From positions 1-58,324 of IMG/VR virus record IMGVR_UViG_3300043602_000067: 58,324 nt of DNA, one strand, 5' to 3'. Each line of letters begins with the position of its first letter. Position 1 is the stretch's first letter. The position numbers and the translations under genes were made by a program. The notes under the pieces are model-generated. The model was not told the origin of the DNA and did not search any database. It saw only the letters and a list, made by a program, of their open reading frames with translations. This DNA comes from a virus (lineage: Duplodnaviria; Caudoviricetes). Shown here one piece after another: positions 9,135 through 17,186 of the stretch.

Positions 9135-9292
9135 ACCGCTGTCGCGCCTATTTCTACGGCCGTGGGATTATCCAATATCGGCACGGGCACCGTTGCGAGC
9201 TATCGGCCGGGCACGCCGGTCAGCATCGTGCAATGGGTCACTTTCTGGACCCTAGAGCCGAGCACGTATGGGGCCGGGAGGTGCGCAAGTGA
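9131..9292 (+). CDS. Small Cys/His protein (C...CxLxxGHxGxH)
   Basis: 53 aa, below the ORF-track cutoff; GTGA overlaps on both sides. Confidence 0.5.
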   Translation: MNRCRAYFYGRGIIQYRHGHRCELSAGHAGQHRAMGHFLDPRAEHVWGREVRK

Positions 9293-9774
9293 CGTTAGAG
9301 CCTATGCCCGAACTGCGCGGTTCAGCGGCGCATAGCTTCGCCTACTACGGAAACCGTGAGGGTTGGCTTATAGCGCTATCAGTAAACCGTGACAGTGACG
9401 CGCTGGCGCGATCGAATTGGAGCGTCATCACTGCGGACCTATTCGGCCGCTATGGGGAGGGACCCGAAACAGAGCATGCCGAGGATATGGCCATTGAGCG
9501 CATGCACCATTGGGCGTGTGGGTGGGTGGATTATCTGTTAGTCCGTCCTGGTAGTGAGGCAGCACAGGCGGCTAACGTATGGCGCGAGAAGCTAGACGAG
9601 TACCCGGTCGCGGATGAGGCTAGCTTCTCAGAATTGGAGTTCAGCGAAGAATGGTGTACCCGTTGCGATCGGGGCACGCGTGCCGAGCATCCGTTGCACG
9701 GTTGCCCGTTCCGTTCGGCGGATGAGGCGGACGAGATTAGGTATCGCTGGACTCACCGGGAGGTGAGCGCGTGA
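9289..9774 (+). CDS. Hypothetical early protein
   Basis: RDSDALARSNW, HWACGWVDYL, LDEYPVADE motifs; GGAGG RBS. Confidence 0.6.
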   Translation: MTLEPMPELRGSAAHSFAYYGNREGWLIALSVNRDSDALARSNWSVITADLFGRYGEGPETEHAEDMAIERMHHWACGWVDYLLVRPGSEAAQAANVWREKLDEYPVADEASFSELEFSEEWCTRCDRGTRAEHPLHGCPFRSADEADEIRYRWTHREVSA

Positions 9775-10055
9775 CGGCCGTACGCTACGCGCGAGATGCG
9801 CAAGGGTTGGACACAGGGGCGAGTGACGCCACGCCCATAGACACCACTGTGACCAAACCGTCTAGCAACCAATTCCTGACGGTTGCGCGTATCGTAGGCG
9901 CCGTGCTGGACGCGTTGAGCGCTGGTGCGCGCAGTGCTGCACACGGGGATACTAGCGGCCTCACGTACGCTGATGGATGGACTAGCGCAGCTACCCTGGC
10001 GCGACTGGTGTCCGCCGACACCATGGCCGAGATCATCTCGCCCCGCGAGGTTTAG
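9771..10055 (+). CDS. Hypothetical protein
   Basis: GGAGGTG RBS, GTGA overlap. Confidence 0.5.
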   Translation: MTAVRYARDAQGLDTGASDATPIDTTVTKPSSNQFLTVARIVGAVLDALSAGARSAAHGDTSGLTYADGWTSAATLARLVSADTMAEIISPREV

Positions 10056-10173
10056 CCCCTCGGCAATTAGCCCCTGGACCGTTTCGAGAGAAATGGCCAG
10101 GATGTAAGGGGGCCTTCCTCACACGTTTGATGGCCTCCGCGGGAGTTGCCCACGTCGTAGCCTCCGTAGTCGC

Positions 10174-10202
10174 TTGACGCCCTCCGCGGCACCGGCTACA
10201 CT
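10174..10202 (+). promoter_or_regulatory. Sigma70-type promoter with CCTCCG repeats
   Basis: TTGACG-N17-TACACT; three CCTCCG copies between 10130 and 10190. Confidence 0.55.
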
Positions 10203-10412
10203 GTGGTCAATGCCAGCGGGGAAGGTTTGCTAGGTCGTCTAGAGCACGTGCACATCCGCTGGCAGTAAATACGCCGCGCAGGAGGGCCACGCCATGGACA
10301 ACATCTGGAAATGGGTCAGCGTCTGGTTGAAGAACGTCGATCCTTGGCCCGGCTCATGGGACTGCCCACCGCGGCCGCACTCGCACATCGTTGGGCCGAA
10401 GGCGGTCAAGCG

Positions 10413-10766
10413 ATGAGCAACTGGCACCCACAGCCCCGCATCCGCTTCAGGCTAGGTCGTGCCTGGCGCGTGGTGCGCGAGAAGATGCGCGACATGGAGC
10501 GCGCCGGTAAACCATTCCCGCCTAATGGTGGCACTCCGTTGTGGTTCATGGAGGTCAGCGGGCCGACCGGTAACCCACCACAGTGGGATGCCAAGGTGTG
10601 GCGGCACAAGCAGAAGACCTTCGATACGAACAACCCCACGATCGTGACCCTGCGTAGCAAGCATCGTTGGCCGCAGCCCACCAGCGAGGCCGAGGCGCTG
10701 GAGTCGCTGATCGAGGTCATCGACGAGTACGTGGCAGCGCGCAAGGCGAAGGGGAAGAAGCCATGA
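10413..10766 (+). CDS. Hypothetical protein
   Basis: ATGA-coupled ORF. Confidence 0.5.
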   Translation: MSNWHPQPRIRFRLGRAWRVVREKMRDMERAGKPFPPNGGTPLWFMEVSGPTGNPPQWDAKVWRHKQKTFDTNNPTIVTLRSKHRWPQPTSEAEALESLIEVIDEYVAARKAKGKKP

Positions 10767-11092
10767 GCAACCTGCGCGACCTGGAGAGAGCTGCGACACC
10801 TGCGCCGTGGTTTGCCGAGGATAAGCATCCCTACGGCGATGCTTTACGACCCAACACCATTGTCACGGAGACCGGTGGCGCGATCGCTGGTGTCTACTGG
10901 CGCGTTCGTGATGCAGGAGAGCCAGACGCCAGCTTCATCGCAGCCCTCCGCAACGCTGCGCCGCTGCTGCTGGATGTGGTGGACGCTGCGCGACCTGTCG
11001 AAGAAACGCTATCCCGCAAGGGCAGCGTTCAGATCGACCAATGGCGTCGGCTCCGTGATGCCCTCGCGGTACTGAATGAGGCCATGAAATGA
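10763..11092 (+). CDS. Ead/Ea22-like phage protein
   Basis: LERAATPAPW...DASFIAALRNAAPLLLD. Confidence 0.6.
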   Translation: MSNLRDLERAATPAPWFAEDKHPYGDALRPNTIVTETGGAIAGVYWRVRDAGEPDASFIAALRNAAPLLLDVVDAARPVEETLSRKGSVQIDQWRRLRDALAVLNEAMK

Positions 11093-11325
11093 CCGATCTG
11101 CTGCAGCGCCTCTACCACCACTTGGTCCACCGAGCCCCACTGCTGACCTGTAAGAAGTGCGATCGGGTGTGGGCCGCGTTGCTTGCCGACGATGGCTTTC
11201 GAGAGCGCCTCGATAAGAGCATCAAGGATGTGGACGAGGGCCGCTGGTACCACTACGACCGAGGTGTGATGACGCCCAACCCGGACTGGCCCGAGGACGG
11301 CGAGCAGCCTAGGGAGCCAAAGTGA
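11089..11325 (+). CDS. Hypothetical protein
   Basis: ATGA overlap. Confidence 0.45.
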   Translation: MTDLLQRLYHHLVHRAPLLTCKKCDRVWAALLADDGFRERLDKSIKDVDEGRWYHYDRGVMTPNPDWPEDGEQPREPK

Positions 11326-11585
11326 CCGGCGACGAGCGGCATGCGGAGACGTGTGGCTGCTGGGAATGCGAGGGCCGCGAGCCTGACGCGCGCAACGTGT
11401 ACGTGGATCTGCGCCAGTACTGCTCCTGCGCCCACTGTGGCAAGCGTGAACAGTTTGGCTTCGGTGACGTGTGGACGGTGCTGGCCGACCCCTACCCGCG
11501 CACTCCCGCGATGGCTGCGGGGATCAGCGATCATGTCTGGACATGCGCAATGGAGAAGGAGGTCGGAGGCGGGTCTGGCAGTTAA
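11322..11585 (+). CDS. Small Cys-rich hypothetical protein
   Basis: CGCWEC and CSCAHC; GTGA overlap. Confidence 0.45.
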   Translation: MTGDERHAETCGCWECEGREPDARNVYVDLRQYCSCAHCGKREQFGFGDVWTVLADPYPRTPAMAAGISDHVWTCAMEKEVGGGSGS

Positions 11586-11597
11586 CCGGAAATGAAC

Positions 11598-11636
11598 GAC
11601 GGCCGGGGGAGAGTTTGGCAACCAGCCCCGGCCGTC
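11598..11636. terminator. GC-rich hairpin (terminator or processing signal)
   Basis: GACGGCCGGGG / CCCCGGCCGTC perfect 11-bp stem. Confidence 0.5.
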
Positions 11637-11651
11637 AATTCGTCCGTCAGT

Positions 11652-11722
11652 GGGGCGCGACGTAGGTCCCCGTGTCCGTTGAGAGGTTCCCGGGATGGGG
11701 GCGGATCCCATGTGCTCCACCA
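11652..11722 (+). ncRNA. tRNA-like / tmRNA tRNA-like-domain mimic, 71 nt
   Basis: GGGGCGC/GTGCTCC 7-bp acceptor stem with G3:U, discriminator A, 3' CCA, 5-bp T-arm ATGGG/CCCAT with a non-canonical 7-nt loop GGCGGAT. Confidence 0.45.
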
Positions 11723-11735
11723 ACTCCGCACTTGA

Positions 11736-11764
11736 ATTATGGCCGATTCAGGCCGATTCGTCAA
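11736..11764 (-). promoter_or_regulatory. Leftward promoter with tandem GGCCGATTC repeat, antisense to the tRNA-like element
   Basis: Minus strand TTGACG-N17-CATAAT. Confidence 0.45.
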
Positions 11765-11862
11765 GATGAAACTGATTCCTATGCTTGACACAACGGCCGT
11801 ACTCAACCCGAGGGTGCTATCTGGGAGTTCTGCGCGAAATGCTTGGAGGCCGAGTCCGCCTC

Positions 11863-11891
11863 TTGACACCTCTCCGTAGGCACACTACTCT
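11863..11891 (+). promoter_or_regulatory. Sigma70-type promoter
   Basis: TTGACA-N17-TACTCT ahead of an AAGGAGG-led ORF. Confidence 0.6.
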
Positions 11892-11951
11892 GTAGTCGGT
11901 GTACACGTCCGCAGACGGGGGCACATTCACAGCACATAAGGAGGAACCATC

Positions 11952-12206
11952 ATGCGCGTTGTAGTTGACGGCACCACCCACCCCATTCACGACGACTCGC
12001 CCAGCCTGGGTGCTGTTGCCCGTGACCCCGAGGGACATCTGACCGAGGTGCAGGTGGCGGATCTGGGCAACGGCGAGTTGAACATCATCGTTTTCGGTAA
12101 CACCCGCGTGGACCACGACCACCGGGGAAACCTGCGCATCCACGTCGTCTCTACGGCCGTGATCCCCACCGCAGGCAAGCAGTGGCCATTTCCGAAGGAG
12201 CGCTGA
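11952..12206 (+). CDS. Hypothetical protein
   Basis: Strong TAAGGAGG RBS. Confidence 0.6.
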   Translation: MRVVVDGTTHPIHDDSPSLGAVARDPEGHLTEVQVADLGNGELNIIVFGNTRVDHDHRGNLRIHVVSTAVIPTAGKQWPFPKER

Positions 12207-12380
12207 CGTGGACGTAAACGGCAACGCCCAGGTTGGCACGGACGAGGAGTTCATGGCCGAGGTGCGCGACGCGCGTGAGAACGGCTACGACGTGCTGTGC
12301 GCCGAGTGCGGCACTGGCATGGCAGGCGACGGCATGGAGATGCACGTTCGCGGCTGCTCGCAGTTCGTGGAGCCGCGCTC

Positions 12381-13775
12381 ATGAGGAAGATACTGCTCCT
12401 GCTGATCCTCGCCTCGCTGGCGGCAGCTCTTGCGCCCGTGGGGGTCGATGCACGTAAAAGAGGAGTACACGTCGTGACAACTGCACCAGCCGACGCGCCG
12501 GACATCGTGGTCGTCATGGCCGACGACCTGGGCGCGCAGCCGATGGCCACGCGGTTGATGCCGCGCTTGGCCAACATGAACGACCTGTTCGTCCAGAACG
12601 GGCTGTGGCTGGCCGGTGCCTACAGCGAGACGCCGTTGTGCTGCCCCGGTAGGGCCAGCTTCCTGTCGGGACAGCACACGCGCAGGCACGGCATCGTGGA
12701 CAACCTCCATCCGGGCGTGTTCGACCCCAGCAACACGATCGCTACCGCGCTCCATGACGGCGGCTACCGGACGGCGCTCATCGGCAAGTACCTGAACCAC
12801 GCCGAGAAGCTGTATGACAAGACGCCTCCGGGCTGGGATCGAGTGGTCATGCACGCCGGGACGAATGCCGGATCGGGTGGCTACTGGTACGTCGATGGGG
12901 TGCGCGTCGAGAGCGCACAGATGGGCTATGCCGACCGCGCTACGGCCAACGAGAGCCAGGCTTTCGTCCAAGGCGCGCCGCTCGACAAGCCGCTCTTCCT
13001 GTATGCCAACCCACACGCTGGGCACGCCGACAGCGGTATGTCCAAGGCCGGTACGCCGTGGCTGCCCGCGGTCGAGCCGCAGTACGCCAACGACCCGCGC
13101 TGCGCCGGTATCGAGCCGTGGAAGATGCCCGGCTACGACTACGACGTGCGCCCTGATGGCTTCCCGCTCGACGCCATCTGCCGCTCGCTGCTGACGGTCG
13201 ATGACATGGTGGGCCAGCTCAGGACGGCCATGGCCATCCGCGAGCTGCAGACGGGACGACAGACGGTGTGGCTTTTCATGGCCGACAACGGCATGTCGTG
13301 GGGCGCCGACGGGGTGTCCGGCAAGGGCGTTCCACAGGCGGGGAAGCTGCCCCTCTGGTTCGCCTCCACGAGCGCCAGCGGAACGCCGCTGGTGATGCGC
13401 GGCAGCGCGGCCAACCTGATCAGCAACATCGACCTCGCGCCGACGCTGGCGGCACTGGCGGGAACGACCATGCCCCGCGCCGATGGCGTGTCGTTCGCTC
13501 CGATGCTGAACGGATCGTGCGCCGATGGTGGCGCGGGCTGCGGTCGTGAGTGGATGCTGGAGGACTTCCCTGTGCCCTTCATCACCAGCGGCCCGTGGGC
13601 GGGCGTGGCGTGGTGGGGCGTGCGTAAGCCCATCTGGCACCTCGTCCAGCGCGTGGGTCAGTCAGCACTGCTGTACGACCTGCGCGTGGACCCGTGGGAG
13701 CAGAACGACGTTCATGCCAGCCATCCGAACGTGACCAGGAACATGAAGGCCCTGGCCGACCCGTTGCTGCCATGA
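12381..13775 (+). CDS. Secreted formylglycine-dependent (S1) sulfatase
   Basis: Signal peptide MRKILLLLILASLAAALAP; PDIVVVMADD; CCPGRASFLSG (CxPxR); GYRTALIGKYLN; ADNG; NIDLAPT; LYDLRVDPWEQND. Confidence 0.92.
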   Translation: MRKILLLLILASLAAALAPVGVDARKRGVHVVTTAPADAPDIVVVMADDLGAQPMATRLMPRLANMNDLFVQNGLWLAGAYSETPLCCPGRASFLSGQHTRRHGIVDNLHPGVFDPSNTIATALHDGGYRTALIGKYLNHAEKLYDKTPPGWDRVVMHAGTNAGSGGYWYVDGVRVESAQMGYADRATANESQAFVQGAPLDKPLFLYANPHAGHADSGMSKAGTPWLPAVEPQYANDPRCAGIEPWKMPGYDYDVRPDGFPLDAICRSLLTVDDMVGQLRTAMAIRELQTGRQTVWLFMADNGMSWGADGVSGKGVPQAGKLPLWFASTSASGTPLVMRGSAANLISNIDLAPTLAALAGTTMPRADGVSFAPMLNGSCADGGAGCGREWMLEDFPVPFITSGPWAGVAWWGVRKPIWHLVQRVGQSALLYDLRVDPWEQNDVHASHPNVTRNMKALADPLLP

Positions 13776-13903
13776 ACGATGATAAGTTCGGCCGCTCCTG
13801 CCCGGTGTGCGCCAAGCGCTTCGAGCCGACGTTCCTGCGCCGCCACGTAGGGCTGAAACACCCCACATTCGACCTGAAGCTACTAAAGGAGGTAGGGAAA
13901 TGA
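13772..13903 (+). CDS. Small C2H2 zinc-finger-like protein
   Basis: CPVC...LRRHVGLKH; ATGA overlaps. Confidence 0.45.
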   Translation: MNDDKFGRSCPVCAKRFEPTFLRRHVGLKHPTFDLKLLKEVGK

Positions 13904-14172
13904 CAGAGAAGCACAATCCTTGGCGAGACGCCGCGGAAATGGCCAAGCCCATCGAGGAGATCGAGGCGCCCGGGCGGATAGAGCCTGACTACCAGGTATC
14001 CAAGGTCAGGCTGGTGCAGCACAAGACTGAGGCCCCCATGAGGGACACCTTCGAGCTGTGGGTCAACGACGTGCCGGTGATGACCTCGGGCGGTGTTGAC
14101 GTGGAGTTTCGGAAGGGCCAGCGCACCGTGGTGGTCGCCCGGCTGATCGTGGAAGACCTGGTGATCGAATGA
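13900..14172 (+). CDS. Hypothetical protein
   Basis: AAGGAGG RBS, ATGA overlap. Confidence 0.55.
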   Translation: MTEKHNPWRDAAEMAKPIEEIEAPGRIEPDYQVSKVRLVQHKTEAPMRDTFELWVNDVPVMTSGGVDVEFRKGQRTVVVARLIVEDLVIE

Positions 14173-14552
14173 CTGCTGACGAGATCCTGCGACTACTCGA
14201 CGAGCTGGGTGCGCGGCTGGAGGGACCGGGGCGCTACGTATTCGACCTGACTGTGCGCCAAGTCGTCGTTGGCGGCATCCTCGGGCTGGTGGTGGGCATC
14301 GCCCTGTGGGTGGTCGTACTGGCGATGGTCGTGATGATCATCGTTCTGATCCGCCGCTATGAGGAGACGGAAAATAAGAAGAGCTACTACGACTCCGACA
14401 ATGACGGGATAGCCGCTTCGCTGCTCGTGGTACTGGCGCTGGTGGTTGCCTTATTCGCCACGGCAGTCACGTTCACCTCGCTCATGTCGCTGCTCAACCC
14501 TGAGTACACGGCGCTTGCCAACTTGGTGAGCCTCATCCGAGGTCCGAAGTGA
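14169..14552 (+). CDS. Two-TM membrane protein
   Basis: Two long hydrophobic segments. Confidence 0.65.
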   Translation: MTADEILRLLDELGARLEGPGRYVFDLTVRQVVVGGILGLVVGIALWVVVLAMVVMIIVLIRRYEETENKKSYYDSDNDGIAASLLVVLALVVALFATAVTFTSLMSLLNPEYTALANLVSLIRGPK

Positions 14553-14755
14553 GTGCCTCGCATTCGACGCTATGGACCTGTGACCGTTGTGGGACTGAGA
14601 TACGGATGCCCGAGCGCGAGCAGCCCGTCCAGTGGACCCGCCTCACTAAGACATCACCGCCCCTCGCTAGTCCGCTGGAGGGTAAGAAGGACGGCGACTG
14701 GCAACTCTGTCGAGAGTGTTCCGAGGGTGTCCACGATTGGATGATCTCGAAGTGA
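14549..14755 (+). CDS. Small Zn-binding protein
   Basis: TCDRCG...LCREC. Confidence 0.55.
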   Translation: MSASHSTLWTCDRCGTEIRMPEREQPVQWTRLTKTSPPLASPLEGKKDGDWQLCRECSEGVHDWMISK

Positions 14756-15222
14756 ACATCGTGGAGCTGCCGCGGAGAGGCGGCAAGACGACTGCGGCGC
14801 TGAAGTGGCTGCACGAGCAGGGCCATGGGGCGCTGATGGTCGTGTCGGGCTACGACACGGCGCCCATGGTGTGGACGCTGGCTCAGCGACTGGAATTGAC
14901 CGAGCAGCGCAAGGAGGACGGCACGATCACGCGCGAGGGCATCCAGCGACGGCAGATCGTCTCCACGTTCGACGCTCAGAACAATCGGATCGTTCTGCAG
15001 GGCGCCACGGGCATCGTCATCGACGACGCCGAGCAGGTGCTGTACGACTTCTTCCACGCGCCAGTGCACATGATGACGGTGACGGCGGATCACGTGGGCG
15101 GGTCGCTAACGGGGTTCCCCGACGAGATGACTGTACCGGATGCACCTGACATATACGGTCCCTACGTCGGACAGACAGACGAGGTGATCGTGGGCACCGA
15201 CGAGAAGGTCGAGCCGCTGTAA
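14752..15222 (+). CDS. Small P-loop protein
   Basis: LPRRGGKTT and IVIDDAE resemble Walker A/B. Confidence 0.5.
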   Translation: MNIVELPRRGGKTTAALKWLHEQGHGALMVVSGYDTAPMVWTLAQRLELTEQRKEDGTITREGIQRRQIVSTFDAQNNRIVLQGATGIVIDDAEQVLYDFFHAPVHMMTVTADHVGGSLTGFPDEMTVPDAPDIYGPYVGQTDEVIVGTDEKVEPL

Positions 15223-15331
15223 TGGGCGACTGGCTGATGAACAACGTAGTGCCGCTTCTAGTAGTTATCGCCTTGGGGCTTGTTCTTCTTCTGCTAGCCC
15301 AACTCGTCCTGAAGTCGTACGGACTCTGGGT

Positions 15332-15733
15332 ATGAGCGTCCTTGAAGAGATCCGCGCCAGGGACGCCGAGGTACACCGCTGCCTGACGTGCGGCGGCTAC
15401 CCAGGTGGCGCCCACGACTCCACGGTGGAGGAGTGCGAGGCGAACCTGATAGCGCAATCCGAAGCCAACGGCAGCGACTGGCACAAGCGCCAGTACGTGT
15501 TCTACCCCGTGCAATCAACCGAGGAGATGGCAGAGCGTGCCAAGACCCTCGGTCCGAAGTGGCTGTGCTGGGGCGCGGAGGATCACCACCCGTACGTCGA
15601 GGACGTGGAGCTGAAGACCGTGTACGAGGACGCCGAGCGCGATCGCCGCACGCTGTTGCGCATCATTGATAGGTTCTTCACCTCGCACAACCTGCCGAGG
15701 TCGTCTTTCCAAGTGCCAGAGGAGGAGCTGTGA
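15332..15733 (+). CDS. Hypothetical protein
   Basis: LEEIRARD...AERDRRTLLRIID pattern. Confidence 0.5.
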   Translation: MSVLEEIRARDAEVHRCLTCGGYPGGAHDSTVEECEANLIAQSEANGSDWHKRQYVFYPVQSTEEMAERAKTLGPKWLCWGAEDHHPYVEDVELKTVYEDAERDRRTLLRIIDRFFTSHNLPRSSFQVPEEEL

Positions 15734-15979
15734 GCACCATCGACCACCCAGACCCGATATGCGGTCACTGCCAGCAACCCGTCCTCAATAGCCAAGGCCG
15801 TAGGAACAAGGACGGCACCATGTGCCACATCTCGTGCCACGACGGGCGACTGCCGTACTACCCACGCACGCCCCTCCCTGTGCCCAAGGCTCAGCCATGA
15901 TGGATGAAGTCAACAACCGCCTGTTGCTCATCGCAGCGATCGTGATCCTGATCGTGCTGGCGATCGTGTACGTGCCCAA

Positions 15980-16402
15980 GTGAGTTACGCCCGCCTGTAC
16001 TTCAAGCTCGGCTACTACGTCGTTTCGACGTTCATCATCGCCTATACGGCATGGAGTGTTGCCTGGTTGGCCGTCGAGGGCTGGCATGGCGACATCGGCA
16101 CCTCGATGCAGCTCATTTTGGCTGTCGGAGCGCTGGTTTTGTTCATGCTACGACTGATCAACGACGGGGTGCTGAAGTACGTCGATAAGATCCGCTTGAA
16201 GCGAGTTCTGGACAAAATATCGGCTGCACCGACCTCGCTGGCAGCGGAGTGGGGCTATATGGACATCAGTCGGTGGCGTCAACGCATGGATGAGGTCGAT
16301 TACGACGAGCTACGACTACGAGCGCTGGAAAGTGCCGCTGTAGCGGCTAAGATTGCCCGTGATGAGCGCCAATCCCACCCGAGCGATCTATCGACCCGGT
16401 AA
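15980..16402 (+). CDS. Membrane protein
   Basis: Two N-terminal hydrophobic segments. Confidence 0.5.
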   Translation: MSYARLYFKLGYYVVSTFIIAYTAWSVAWLAVEGWHGDIGTSMQLILAVGALVLFMLRLINDGVLKYVDKIRLKRVLDKISAAPTSLAAEWGYMDISRWRQRMDEVDYDELRLRALESAAVAAKIARDERQSHPSDLSTR

Positions 16403-17186
16403 GCGCGCCAAGAAGGTCCTCCAGCCGAGGAGCGCGCGACACCTTGGCCATCCGCACCTCGTGGCTGGGGCAAAGGACCTCCACCGCCATCCGATGCCCG
16501 AAACCGACGCTACAAGGCAGCCGCGGCCGTCTCATATCACCAAAGAGCACGATGCGATGGTCCAGCGGAACCTAGAGATCCTGGCAGCCGAAAATCCGGC
16601 TTCCGTGCGCTCCGAAGTCGAGATTTACAAGGAAAAGCTGGCCGAGACGCCGCCATCGAGCAAGCGCGAGCAGTACGCCGCTCTGGCGACGCACAGGGAG
16701 ATGGCCACGACCATTCTTGCCGCGGGAGGCACTTTCGACGAGGCTGCCGACTGGGCAGGCGTAACCCGTAGCACGGTGTCGGGCTGGTACGCCGACGCGG
16801 ACTTCCGCAAGCGCGTAGAAGAGCAGCGCTCGGTTGTGCAGTCCAAGATCCGGGGTAGGATTGAGTCATGGATGGACAGGCGCACAGCCGACCCGCAGGC
16901 GCTCGACAACGCCGACCCGCGCACCACGCTGGCCATCTATGACCGCATCAGCGGACCTTCTGGCGGACGAGCTGGACAGGGCACTCAGCAGCCGGTCACT
17001 GTCAACGTCGCTCTCTCATACAGCGAACTCATGGAACGAGCTATTAGCACTGCCGGATCGGCAGAAACCGCGAAGCGTGTGGATGACGCCAGCCAGGAAG
17101 GCAGCGATTTTCCGCTCCTTGAACGAGAAACTGCCGGAGGGCTTCCTGGTCCTACCGTGGCAGGCGGAGGCCCATCGAGCGACTGA
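16362..17186 (+). CDS. terS: Probable terminase small subunit (HTH)
   Basis: LAAGGTFDEAADWAGVTRSTVSGW HTH; directly upstream of and overlapping terL; start uncertain. Confidence 0.65.
   Translation: MSANPTRAIYRPGKRAKKVLQPRSARHLGHPHLVAGAKDLHRHPMPETDATRQPRPSHITKEHDAMVQRNLEILAAENPASVRSEVEIYKEKLAETPPSSKREQYAALATHREMATTILAAGGTFDEAADWAGVTRSTVSGWYADADFRKRVEEQRSVVQSKIRGRIESWMDRRTADPQALDNADPRTTLAIYDRISGPSGGRAGQGTQQPVTVNVALSYSELMERAISTAGSAETAKRVDDASQEGSDFPLLERETAGGLPGPTVAGGGPSSD

Noticed and set aside
11652-11722. Canonical tRNA gene
   Set aside because: No TTC T-loop, no proper D-arm or 7-nt anticodon loop; kept only as a tRNA-like element
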